Assembly: GCA_038064915.1 (NCBI GenBank)
Contig: JBBTSB010000005.1
Span: 10,615 to 74,614, forward strand
From: Patescibacteria group bacterium
Lineage (GTDB): Bacteria; Patescibacteriota; Minisyncoccia; 2-02-FULL-40-12; IGHO2-01-FULL-4-A
DNA: 64,000 nt
Reading direction: 5' to 3'
Shown here one piece after another: positions 55,924 to 64,000 of the stretch. Both the position numbers and the translations under genes were made by a program. Each line of letters begins with the position of its first letter. Position 1 is the first letter of the stretch. The notes under the pieces were generated by a model. It saw only the letters and a list, made by a program, of their open reading frames with translations. It had not been told where the DNA came from and made no database searches.

Positions 55924-56916
55924 TTACCGAGGTGATTTTTCAGGGTACCAATTGACGATTTCTTCGTGAAGCACAAAAATGTCGTTACTGATGACATCGC
56001 CTGCAAAGGTATTGCGGATGTTATTTATGATTTCCTTAAGACGCGTGTTATGGGCGACTGCAAACTCAAGCACAAGATCGTATTTACCCAAAAGTGTACT
56101 GGCAAAGGTGGATTCGGGAATCGTGGTTGCATGTTTGATGATCGACTCCACTACGGTTTGTGACTTGAGAGTAAATACCACCTGATAATGCTCCACACCA
56201 AATTTCCCGAAATTAATATCGAGTACAGGCGCACCGAGGATGCCGGTCTTTTTTAACTTTTCAATTCGATAGCGAACGACATTTACATGTGTTTTTGCCT
56301 GTCGCGCGATGGCAGAAAGATTTTCTCGCGCATTTTGGGCAAGTCGTTTGATGATGAGATGATCGATATCATCGATATTGGTTTGCTGTAAATCTTCAGG
56401 ATACGTATCGCGTTGCACCTTGCCGCCGTCGTAAAAGAAGCGAAAATTGAAACGATTTACCTGTGTTAGGGTGAGAATTTCCTGTTCGAGAATATATTCA
56501 CCAAACTTTGCCTTGAATGGTTGTAGGAATTGCTGAAGATCTTCGAGATTGCGTGCGATAACCAAAAAAGTTACATCATAACGTCCCTCAAGTCCTGCCA
56601 AGTAGGCGATAGATTTGTGGTGTTTGAGATAATTGGTTATTTCTTCTTCTTTTTGCTGTGTAGCCTTCTGAAACTTAAAGAAAAATTTGTAATAGTAGTA
56701 TCCAAGGCGTGAAATATGCACCGTCGTGCGAAAGTTTTTGATAAAACCGTTGGCGGTGAGACGCTTAACTCGAAAAGCTACCGTCTCCTTCGGGATTTTT
56801 ATTTTGTCAGCCAATCCCTGAAAAGAAGCATCGCTTTTGAGATCAAGCTCATAAAGTAGCTTTTGATCAGTAATATCGAGGTTTTTTTGTATTTTTGTCA
56901 TATTTCTATTGCTCAA
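55924..56916 (-). CDS. Tandem Lrp/AsnC-type transcriptional regulator
   Basis: Two HTH_AsnC-like segments (DQKLLYELDLKSDASFQGLADKIKIPKETVAFRVKRL; DHLIIKRLAQNARENLSAIARQAKTHVNVVRYRIEKL), each followed by a RAM-like domain. Confidence 0.65.
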   Translation of the reverse strand: MSNRNMTKIQKNLDITDQKLLYELDLKSDASFQGLADKIKIPKETVAFRVKRLTANGFIKNFRTTVHISRLGYYYYKFFFKFQKATQQKEEEITNYLKHHKSIAYLAGLEGRYDVTFLVIARNLEDLQQFLQPFKAKFGEYILEQEILTLTQVNRFNFRFFYDGGKVQRDTYPEDLQQTNIDDIDHLIIKRLAQNARENLSAIARQAKTHVNVVRYRIEKLKKTGILGAPVLDINFGKFGVEHYQVVFTLKSQTVVESIIKHATTIPESTFASTLLGKYDLVLEFAVAHNTRLKEIINNIRNTFAGDVISNDIFVLHEEIVNWYPEKSPR

Positions 56917-56969
56917 CTATACATAAGTCTAGCATATATTTTAATATTGTGCAAGTTTTATATCAACAG

Positions 56970-56997
56970 CTTGACCAAATATAGAATAGGTATATAA
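56970..56997 (+). promoter_or_regulatory. Near-consensus sigma70 promoter TTGACC-N16-TATAAT for the GC-rich two-gene cassette
   Basis: cTTGACCaaatatagaataggtaTATAATtacg. Confidence 0.5.
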
Positions 56998-57028
56998 TTA
57001 CGTTAAGCCTGTGGAAAGGGGGAAGAAA

Positions 57029-57367
57029 GTGAAATGTGGGGTGAGGGGTCCTGATCGTGACACGATTCTTCAGATGCCGACGAAGGTCTACGAAAGATGG
57101 CTCTTGGATGAGGAAGCGCTCGAGTACTATGTCCGCGGAGGACCGGATGAAGACCGGCACATCTGGCTCCTCGACGGTGAGCGGAACGTCCTGATCGAGC
57201 TAAAGCAGGGATACAGGAGTACCGATCACTGGAGCGACAGGGTGGGAGAAACTATCGGCAAGGTGATAGAGAAGTTGAAAGCAGAGGGTAAGCGTCCACG
57301 CTTCGCCCTGATCATCAACGATCCGCCCGGCATGGACGGATGCCAAGGTCTCTACGTCATCGCATAA
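57029..57367 (+). CDS. GC-rich hypothetical protein (~112 aa; alternative GTG start at 57011)
   Basis: SD AAGGGGGAAG 6 nt before GTG 57029; elevated GC (~55-58%, estimated by eye); sequence ...LDGERNVLIELKQGYRSTDHWSDRVGETIGKVIEKLKAEGKRPRFALIINDPPGMDGCQGLYVIA. Confidence 0.5.
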   Translation: MKCGVRGPDRDTILQMPTKVYERWLLDEEALEYYVRGGPDEDRHIWLLDGERNVLIELKQGYRSTDHWSDRVGETIGKVIEKLKAEGKRPRFALIINDPPGMDGCQGLYVIA

Positions 57368-57376
57368 GGAGTAGCC

Positions 57377-57541
57377 ATGAAGCATCGACCGTGCAGTTGT
57401 ACCAAAAAGATCCAGGAACTCGAGAGCAAGCTGCAAAAGATCGGGGAGCGTGTGCTCGGACTCGAAGCGCTTGCGATGCAAAAGGCCCTCCGAGATTTAC
57501 GAGCTGAGGCTCGGCTTCTCAAGGAGGAGCTTGAACGGTGA
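57377..57541 (+). CDS. Small coiled-coil protein (54 aa), second gene of the GC-rich cassette
   Basis: AAGGAG SD 6 nt before ATG 57377; MKHRPCSCTKKIQELESKLQKIGERVLGLEALAMQKALRDLRAEARLLKEELER; not in the supplied ORF track (under 60 aa). Confidence 0.5.
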   Translation: MKHRPCSCTKKIQELESKLQKIGERVLGLEALAMQKALRDLRAEARLLKEELER

Positions 57542-57581
57542 TAGTTCTCTGCCAAGTCCAGGGATAGGCTCCGGGTTGCGC

Positions 57582-57623
57582 GGTATCCTGTGCGCGTAAA
57601 AAGCGGATACCATCTTTTTTTTT
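57582..57623 (+). terminator. Rho-independent terminator GGTATCC-N16-GGATACC followed by T9
   Basis: 7-bp stem plus a poly-T run; a second hairpin AAATCCCC-GAAA-GGGGATTT follows at 57644-57663. Confidence 0.6.
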
Positions 57624-57683
57624 GGCGCTAAGAAACAAGGCATTAAATCCCCGAAAGGGGATTTAATGTTGAGACCGAAATAT

Positions 57684-58253
57684 TTATCGATTAACGAGGA
57701 GCGGCAGGGGATTGAGGGCTTCACGATGAGCGTACATCCCAAAGTGCAGATGTGGAGGGGTGGTTTCGGCATTGCCAGTGTTTCCTACATATCCGATGAC
57801 CGTATCGGGAGTGACCGATTGGCCGATGTGAATGCCATCCGCAAACCGGTCCAGGTGTGCGTAGTAATATCGGCGCGCCCCCGAGCCGATGATGTACATG
57901 GCATTTCCTCCAAGCTCCACGTCTCCTTTATAGAGGACGTAGCCGGAGGTTCCGGAAAACACGGGTGTTCCTTTTGTAGCAAAAATATCCTGGCCTTCAT
58001 GTGTTCGATCATTCCCGCGCGGCGCGCCCCAGGTATCGGTAATACCCGATACTTTTGTTCCATACACCGGCATGAGGATAGTAGCATCCGGCTCCTGCGA
58101 CGCAAGCTTTGCTATTTTGTATGGTAGAGTGACCTGCTCAATAAAGCTCGTGATTTTTTCGGGGTGAGTTTTTACATATCGTATTCCAAACGCAAAAAAA
58201 CCCACTACGCAGATGAGAAATAATCCGCAAATGATAAAAAGTTTTTTGGGCAT
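57684..58253 (-). CDS. M23 family metallopeptidase (LytM-like), membrane-anchored
   Basis: N-terminal TM; HEGQDIFA....PV....G and PHLHFGMY M23 motifs. Confidence 0.8.
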   Translation of the reverse strand: MPKKLFIICGLFLICVVGFFAFGIRYVKTHPEKITSFIEQVTLPYKIAKLASQEPDATILMPVYGTKVSGITDTWGAPRGNDRTHEGQDIFATKGTPVFSGTSGYVLYKGDVELGGNAMYIIGSGARRYYYAHLDRFADGIHIGQSVTPDTVIGYVGNTGNAETTPPHLHFGMYAHREALNPLPLLVNR

Positions 58254-58424
58254 CTAGATACTATATACTACAAAAGAAAAAGAAAAAACTTACGATAAAC
58301 TGAGATTGTTAAAAGAGTTTCAATAGTGACAAAATAAACAACACGCCAGCAACGATCAGATAAATTCCATTTCGTGACCGGAAGTAAAGAAATATTCCAC
58401 AGAGCATGAGAATAAAATAAATCA

Positions 58425-58750
58425 TTTGCTCCCGGGCAGGGACTCAGTCGCGCCTCTCGCGATGCCGTCGCATCGCTCGGGCTGACCACCACCTCGCGGA
58501 TTCATCTGCTGATTCATCATCGCTCCGGCGTTCTCGCCCTGACGTGAGTGCGATTGCGCACTCACTCCCGTCATCAAACGTGAAGCGTTTGCTCCCGGGC
58601 AGGGACTCAGTCGCGCCTCTCGCGATGCCGTCGCATCGCTCGGGCTGACCACCACCTCGCGGATTCATCTGCTGATTCATCATCGCTCCGGCGTTCTCGC
58701 CCTGACGTGAGTGCGATTGCGCACTCACTCCCGTCATCAAACGTGAAGCG
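58425..58750. repeat. Two perfect 163-bp tandem repeats, each a 142-bp GC-rich unit plus the last 21 nt of tRNA-Gln
   Basis: Units 58425-58587 and 58588-58750 appear identical; each starts with TTTGCTCCCGGGCAGGGACTC (reverse complement of the tRNA-Gln 3' end) and carries the hairpins GCGATGC-CGTC-GCATCGC and GTGAGTGCG-ATT-GCGCACTCAC. Confidence 0.85.
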
Positions 58751-58754
58751 TTTG

Positions 58755-58825
58755 CTCCCGGGCAGGGACTCGAACCCCAATTACATGATTCAGAGTCATG
58801 TGTCCTACCATTAGACGACCCGGGA
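58755..58825 (-). tRNA. tRNA-Gln(CUG)
   Basis: U1:A72 and G73; D-arm GTCT-AATGGTA-GGAC; anticodon arm CATGA-CTCTGAA-TCATG; T-arm TGGGG-TTCGAGT-CCCTG. Confidence 0.8.
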
Positions 58826-58878
58826 ATGTTTCTATACAATACCGAAAAATTGCGTTAGAGTAAAGAGAAAATCGAGCC

Positions 58879-59343
58879 ATGAAGCAAATCGAAAAAGCAA
58901 AATATGAAATGCCGTTTGAAAGTTCTGAAGAAGATTCCCATACGGTTAGCGTTTATGAAAAAAAATATGATGTATATCGTTTAATGCAACTTGCCCAAGA
59001 ACTTATCGTCACCCGTTTCAACACAGAACAATTGGCCTTAAAATTCCTTGATGATGAATGTTGGGATGATGAAAATGGAAATTTAACTACACCAAGAAAA
59101 GTTCTTGAAGCAATTCAATCAGTACGGGGAAATTATGGAGACGCTATGCGGAATCATCCTCTCTTACTTGATCATATTGCTGCTATAAAAGAAGCCGATC
59201 CTAATTATCCCATTCTCCTTGGACCGGATGGAACTGTTATTGATGGTGCACATCGTGTTATAAAGGCTCTACTAAATGGTGCGTCTGATGTTCCCATACG
59301 TCGGTTTGAGACTATGCCAGAAGATGCTAAGATGCAATCTTAA
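58879..59343 (+). CDS. ParB-like nuclease domain protein (154 aa)
   Basis: C-terminal ILLGPDGTVIDGAHRVIKAL resembles the ParB/sulfiredoxin-fold DGxHR motif. Confidence 0.5.
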   Translation: MKQIEKAKYEMPFESSEEDSHTVSVYEKKYDVYRLMQLAQELIVTRFNTEQLALKFLDDECWDDENGNLTTPRKVLEAIQSVRGNYGDAMRNHPLLLDHIAAIKEADPNYPILLGPDGTVIDGAHRVIKALLNGASDVPIRRFETMPEDAKMQS

Positions 59344-59348
59344 ATTTT

Positions 59349-59588
59349 ATGTACACGCTTTACCTCATGCTCTGTCGCGACGACTCCATCTACACCGGCA
59401 TTACGACGGATATGGAACGGAGATTTAAGGAGCACCAAAATGGAGAGGGGAGCAGGTATACGCGGGCGAAAAAGGCAGTGAAGATTTTGTATACGGAAAA
59501 GTTTAAGACGCGAAGTAAAGCGTCAAAGAGGGAATATGAGATCAAGAGCTGGAGTAGGCAGAGAAAGTTAGCTATGATCAGCATATGA
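59349..59588 (+). CDS. GIY-YIG nuclease family small protein
   Basis: YTLYLMLCRDDSIYTGITTDMERRFKEHQNG GIY-YIG motif. Confidence 0.75.
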   Translation: MYTLYLMLCRDDSIYTGITTDMERRFKEHQNGEGSRYTRAKKAVKILYTEKFKTRSKASKREYEIKSWSRQRKLAMISI

Positions 59589-60517
59589 CGATTACAGATC
59601 TCAAACTTGGCCTCGGTACCTGGAAAGCGCCGGCGGATAAAGCGGGAGCTGTGGTGGAGTTTGCGCTCATGGAGGCGGAGTACAACCACATCGACTGCGC
59701 GGCGATCTATCGGAATGAAAAGGAAATCGGTGAGGCGTTTGCTCGCGTGTTTGGTAGCTCAAGAAAACGGGAAGATGTCTTTATTACGAGCAAGCTTTGG
59801 AATACCGAACACAAAGCAGAGCGGGTGATGCCAGCATGCAAGAATACGCTCGCTGATCTTCAACTCGATTATCTCGATCTGTACCTAATGCACTGGGGGA
59901 TAGCGATTCCGCCCAACGAAAGCGAGGCGCTGAATGTCCATGGAAGACTCAAAGAGCAGCTCGATGCAAACGGCTACCTCGTCACCGAAAAAGTTTCTGT
60001 GTGCGAGACGTGGGAAGCCATGGAGGGGCTCGTGAAAGCGGGTCTGGTCAAAGCCATCGGCGTGGCAAACTTTACTGCACCGATGATCCAGGATTTGCTT
60101 TCATATACAACAATTGCACCTGCGACTAATCAAATCGAGCTCCATCCGTACTTGCAACAGACCGCACTAGTAGAGTATTGCCATTACAATAATATCGCCG
60201 TCACTGCCTATTCACCGCAGGGCTCTCCAGGAAATTATGGTAAAGCCAAAAACATGCCGGTCATCGCGGAAGATCCCGTTATCATGGACATCGCAAAGCG
60301 TCACCGCAAATCTCCGACACAGATCATGATCCGCTGGGCAATACAGCGCAATACCATTCCCATTCCCAAGAGTCTCGATCCCGTGCATATCAAAGAAAAC
60401 ATCGATGTGTTTGATTTTGAGCTCTCAGCTGATGATATGCAAGCCATTGCCACTCTCAACCGCGACCTACATTTTGTAAATCCTTACGCTTGGTGGAAGA
60501 TACCGTATTTTAATTAA
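59585..60517 (+). CDS. Aldo/keto reductase
   Basis: LGTWK, DCAAIYRNE, tetrad-containing motifs and the IPKS C-terminal signature. Confidence 0.85.
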   Translation: MTITDLKLGLGTWKAPADKAGAVVEFALMEAEYNHIDCAAIYRNEKEIGEAFARVFGSSRKREDVFITSKLWNTEHKAERVMPACKNTLADLQLDYLDLYLMHWGIAIPPNESEALNVHGRLKEQLDANGYLVTEKVSVCETWEAMEGLVKAGLVKAIGVANFTAPMIQDLLSYTTIAPATNQIELHPYLQQTALVEYCHYNNIAVTAYSPQGSPGNYGKAKNMPVIAEDPVIMDIAKRHRKSPTQIMIRWAIQRNTIPIPKSLDPVHIKENIDVFDFELSADDMQAIATLNRDLHFVNPYAWWKIPYFN

Positions 60518-60609
60518 ATGGAAATTATCACCGCTCAAAATACTCCCGAAGAATTTGCTGGGTTCCAGAAACTGGAGGCAATGGGATTTCAAGTAGATCA
60601 ACTCCGGAT

Positions 60610-61011
60610 GTGGAAGAAATTATAATGAAGGAAACCAACCTAACCATCACCATTAATAAGCTCATCCAGGAAGTTTTTGATTTTTGCATTAATCCCAAGA
60701 ACACGCCGTTGTGGATTGACGGTATACTACGAGAAGAAACAAACGAATGGCCGGTGAAAGTAGGCAGTATCTATAGGAATCAAAATATGAGAAATGAGTG
60801 GTCAGAATATGTGCTCACTGAGTTTCAACCTCCTAAGCTTTTTACTATGCATAAAAAAGATGCGCACTATACGGTGCGTTATACATTAAAACCTATAGGC
60901 GATGCAACAGAATTGAATTATTACGAGTGGATGGATGTAGGCGAACTGGAAGAGCCTTTCACTCTGGAAATTTTGCAAAAGCTTAAGTTAGCTATTGAAC
61001 AATCACTTTGA
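60610..61011 (+). CDS. SRPBCC (START/Bet v1-like) family protein
   Basis: Size and beta-grip pattern; weak call. Confidence 0.45.
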   Translation: MEEIIMKETNLTITINKLIQEVFDFCINPKNTPLWIDGILREETNEWPVKVGSIYRNQNMRNEWSEYVLTEFQPPKLFTMHKKDAHYTVRYTLKPIGDATELNYYEWMDVGELEEPFTLEILQKLKLAIEQSL

Positions 61012-61686
61012 CACAATCAGTGCAATCTTGCGAGTAGGATCGGTGGTTTGGGTTTTGCTGTCCCAGTCGACGGCGGCGTTTTTGAGTATTGCAAACGTAT
61101 AGACATTGTCAGAGCCATCATCGCTACCGGGATCATGTACAATGAATCCCATTTCGTTGTACCCGATGACCGCCAGCATATGATAAAACGGCCCGCCATC
61201 CGCATAGTGCTGAGGGTTTTCCAGGAGTCGTGCGCTGAGGGGGAGTAGTACCACATGGCCATTTGCCAGTGCACGTTTCAAATCTGATTCTGTATAATCG
61301 CGTATTTGTCTTACGTCTAGGTCCAAAACCTTTTTTGCCATGCGAGATGTTTCATCGGCGCCGGTATCTTCATGATGGCCAAACGTTTTATCTTCCCAGG
61401 CGTTGAGCTCGTCGATCTTTTGTTGGACTTCAGCGGCAGGGAGGATTTTTTCCTTGCGGCCATCAAAGTAAGCTTGTGCCATGATAAGACTCGTCTCCTC
61501 GCAGTTCTCGTTATTTTCCCAGATTCCGGTGGGGGCTTGGGGCGAGAAGGGGACATCGAGTGTCAGCGATTCGGGTGTACTAGCAAGACTTTCAAAAAAC
61601 GAAATTTTGGATACAAAAAGAAATAGGACGATAAGGCCGAAGACGCTGACGATGACTATGTGCTTTTTGGAAAAACTAGCGAGCAT
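61003..61686 (-). CDS. Secreted C39-like (papain-fold) peptidase domain protein
   Basis: N-terminal TM/signal; Q..P.GCE.TSL.MA context CEETSLIMAQAYF and a downstream His/Asp. Confidence 0.55.
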   Translation of the reverse strand: MLASFSKKHIVIVSVFGLIVLFLFVSKISFFESLASTPESLTLDVPFSPQAPTGIWENNENCEETSLIMAQAYFDGRKEKILPAAEVQQKIDELNAWEDKTFGHHEDTGADETSRMAKKVLDLDVRQIRDYTESDLKRALANGHVVLLPLSARLLENPQHYADGGPFYHMLAVIGYNEMGFIVHDPGSDDGSDNVYTFAILKNAAVDWDSKTQTTDPTRKIALIVSK

Positions 61687-61739
61687 ACTCTATTGTACAC
61701 CGTTTTTGAAGTTTCGTATACTGGTGCTACAATGCGCTC

Positions 61740-62906
61740 ATGGAACCCCTTGCGTCACGCATTCGCCCCAAAAAGCTTGATGAATTTGTTGGACAGAGTC
61801 ATTTAGTTGGTCCCGGAAAACCATTGCGCGTGGCCATCGAAAAAGGCCATATTTTTTCGTTTATTCTGTGGGGACCACCTGGAGTTGGGAAGACCACGCT
61901 TGCAAAAATCTATGCAAAGTCGCTAGGTGCTGATTTACACGAACTCTCTGCCGTGTCAGCCGGTAAAGATGACATACGCGAAATTGTTGGAGGCGGCTCC
62001 GCCTTCGCTAAAGCTTCGGCGAGACAAGCGCAGTTGATGACGCAAATTTTGTTTCTGGACGAAATACATCGCTTCAATAAAGCCCAACAGGATTTCCTGT
62101 TGCCGTATGTGGAGAGAGGGGAGCTAATTCTCATCGGTGCCACGACCGAAAACCCCAGCTTTGAAATCATCTCGGCGCTTCTTTCGCGGTGCCGGGTTTT
62201 TGTTTTGAATTCGCTCTCGCCTGATGAAATGAAGCAAATCATTACTCAGACCAATATAAAAATACCTGCCGAAGCTCGTGATTGGCTGATCCAAATGGCA
62301 GACGGCGATGCGAGGCAAGCAATTACGGTTTTGGAAAACACCCTGTCTCTATACAAAAAAATTACCGTTGAAACCCTCAAAGACACGATTCAAAACAAAT
62401 TCCTGCGTTTCGATAAAAAGGGCGAGGAGCACTATAATACGATCTCTGCGTATATCAAAAGCATGCGCGCATCACAGCCCGATGCGGCGCTCTATTATCT
62501 GGCGCGGATGATCGAGTCAGGTGAGTCGCCGACGTTTATCGCGCGGCGCATGGTGATCTTTGCATCGGAAGACATTGGTATGGCGCATCCTACGGCACTG
62601 GTGGTGGCAAATGAAGTCATGGCCGCCGTGGATGCTGTGGGATTTCCCGAAGCGGCGATCAATCTTGCTCACGGCACGATCTACATGGCCACGGCTCCCA
62701 AAGACCGCGCGGTTGTCGATTCCCTGGGATTGGCCATGTCTGACGTCAAAGAACACGGCAATCTCCCGATCCCCATGTCGATCCGTAATGCACCTACAAA
62801 ACTAATGAAGAATCTGGGCTATGGAGCAGGCTATAAAAAATACACGAGCGAGGACTTGCTTCCGGAGAAAATAAAAGGGAAGAAGTACTACAAGCCGAAG
62901 CAATGA
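61740..62906 (+). CDS. rarA: Replication-associated recombination protein A (RarA/MgsA AAA+ ATPase)
   Basis: RPKKLDEFVGQSHLVG...LWGPPGVGKTTLA Walker A, ILFLDEIHRFNKAQQD Walker B/sensor, C-terminal MgsA domain. Confidence 0.9.
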   Translation: MEPLASRIRPKKLDEFVGQSHLVGPGKPLRVAIEKGHIFSFILWGPPGVGKTTLAKIYAKSLGADLHELSAVSAGKDDIREIVGGGSAFAKASARQAQLMTQILFLDEIHRFNKAQQDFLLPYVERGELILIGATTENPSFEIISALLSRCRVFVLNSLSPDEMKQIITQTNIKIPAEARDWLIQMADGDARQAITVLENTLSLYKKITVETLKDTIQNKFLRFDKKGEEHYNTISAYIKSMRASQPDAALYYLARMIESGESPTFIARRMVIFASEDIGMAHPTALVVANEVMAAVDAVGFPEAAINLAHGTIYMATAPKDRAVVDSLGLAMSDVKEHGNLPIPMSIRNAPTKLMKNLGYGAGYKKYTSEDLLPEKIKGKKYYKPKQ

Positions 62907-62992
62907 AATGCATGATCATGACCGCTGCAGACCTGAGTGATTTTGAAAAAGATCGCTGAAGTCTGTACGAATTTGAAGTAATTGGCAAAATA

Positions 62993-63334
62993 GTGTATAA
63001 TGAAACCATGAAGCAAATGTTGGCTATTTTACTGGTTATTTCCTTCATCGGAATTCTCGTCCCGCTTTTTTTGATGGGACATCATGGAAACATTGGCGAT
63101 ACCTCATGTTTGGCGAGCTGCTATATACTGCCGTTTGAAACTTCCGGTAATTTTGCCCAAGCGCTACAAAGCGTCCTTACTATTTTTGCAGTTTTGGCGC
63201 TTGTTGTATTGGGAGCAGTTGGCGTCATATTTTTCAAACAAGATTTTTCATATTCTCGTCACCGACCGCTCGTTTCTTTTCGTCATCAATTCGATCGCTG
63301 GTTTTCTCTTCTCGAACACAGTCCGACTCTTTAG
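62993..63334 (+). CDS. Hypothetical small membrane protein
   Basis: Two or three TM helices; no motif. Confidence 0.45.
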   Translation: MYNETMKQMLAILLVISFIGILVPLFLMGHHGNIGDTSCLASCYILPFETSGNFAQALQSVLTIFAVLALVVLGAVGVIFFKQDFSYSRHRPLVSFRHQFDRWFSLLEHSPTL

Positions 63335-63371
63335 AAGAACGTTGTAAGCGTAACAGCTTTAATTTTCTTCT

Positions 63372-63866
63372 ATGAACAAATTAATTATTGTAATTGTCAG
63401 TATTCTTGTGCTAGGCGCGATTGTTTGGTACGCGCGGCCAGGCGCAAAAGGAACGAGCGATCCAACAGAAACTCCCACGGGACCAAGTATTCTCACATCT
63501 TCAGAGATGAAGTATGACTTTGGCACGATCTCGATGAAAGACGGCAACATCAGTCATCTCTTTACGGTGACCAACACCGGAACAGAAGCCGTTACCGTCA
63601 GCAAACTCTACACCTCCTGCATGTGTACGACCGCATCCATCATGAACGGCACTGAAAAAGTGGGGCCGTTTGGCATGCCAGGACATGCGGGTATCCCATC
63701 GATCAAGGTTGTTCTTGAGCCTGGAGCATCAACGCAAGTGGAGGCGATCTTTGATCCCAACGCCCACGGACCTGCGGGAGTGGGGAAAATTGAAAGAGTA
63801 GTGATCTTGGAAAATAGCGCAGGAAAGCCGCTTGAGTTAGCTTTTTCTGCTAATGTAACTCCCTAA
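63372..63866 (+). CDS. DUF1573 domain protein, signal-anchored
   Basis: KYDFGTISMKDGNISHLFTVTNTGTEAVTV is the typical DUF1573 beta-sandwich start. Confidence 0.7.
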   Translation: MNKLIIVIVSILVLGAIVWYARPGAKGTSDPTETPTGPSILTSSEMKYDFGTISMKDGNISHLFTVTNTGTEAVTVSKLYTSCMCTTASIMNGTEKVGPFGMPGHAGIPSIKVVLEPGASTQVEAIFDPNAHGPAGVGKIERVVILENSAGKPLELAFSANVTP

Positions 63867-63868
63867 AA

Positions 63869-64000
63869 ATGTCTAAAACATTAAAAACGCTCCTGATTAT
63901 CGCAGGATTGGTAGTTGCCTTTGTCGTTGTCATGAGACTGGGAACCGCTGGAACGGAGCTTACCTGGAACATCAGTCGGCAGGGAACCTGGCTTTTGCCG
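63869..64000 (+). CDS. Hypothetical membrane protein, N-terminal fragment (runs off window end)
   Basis: ATG 63869: MSKTLKTLLIIAGLVVAFVVVMRLGTAGTELTWNISRQGTWLLP. Confidence 0.4.
   Translation, partial: MSKTLKTLLIIAGLVVAFVVVMRLGTAGTELTWNISRQGTWLLP

Noticed and set aside
58425-58750. CRISPR array
   Set aside because: Only two identical long units (163 bp) with no variable spacers. Each repeat core is the tRNA 3' end, which fits an att-like or tandem duplication rather than CRISPR.
58268-58839. ORFs inside the 163-bp tandem repeats (74, 77 and 131 aa)
   Set aside because: They are generated by the GC-rich repeat in several frames, they duplicate each other because the DNA is duplicated, and they lack an SD; the 131-aa one runs across the tRNA gene.

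Overview
This 64-kb window comes from a bacterial chromosome of moderately low GC (estimated 45-50% by eye), mostly compact housekeeping genes. The gene content (tsaE, yraN, short holA, a polA with no proofreading domain, many small secreted or membrane hypotheticals) suggests a reduced-genome, probably uncultivated lineage (CPR/Patescibacteria-like). That placement is inference only.

Core genes I can support: lepB (partial), pth, dprA, topA, recG, holA, polA, tsaE, pnp, rpsO, a Xer-type recombinase, smpB, htrA, argS, ileS, recO, glyQS, prfB (with its +1 frameshift site), ftsE, ftsX, a purH-like gene, glgA, a GH57 gene and rarA. There are five tRNAs: Ser(GCU), a Ser-like tRNA with apparent anticodon ACU, Arg(GCG), Thr(CGU) and Gln(CUG).

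The accessory and unusual content, in order along the window:
- a DUF559 endonuclease cassette with duplicated hairpin-SD flanks interrupts dprA-topA;
- a ~5 kb islet sits between rpsO and pnp, carrying an NYN gene, a RelE/RHH toxin-antitoxin pair and a three-fold duplicated module of secreted proteins paired with zinc-ribbon tail-anchored proteins;
- three GC-rich (55-65% GC, estimated by eye) mini-cassettes each have a near-consensus sigma70 promoter, a strong SD and a terminator (6893-7231, 33547-34737, 56970-57623), the first two next to a tRNA and smpB;
- ileS carries an inserted histidine-phosphatase domain;
- perfect 163-bp tandem repeats, each ending in the last 21 nt of tRNA-Gln, lie directly downstream of that tRNA;
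- a 1178-aa S8 protease has a beta-propeller, a TP-rich linker and InlB-B-repeat-like domains.

I found no rRNA, CRISPR array or recognisable transposase.
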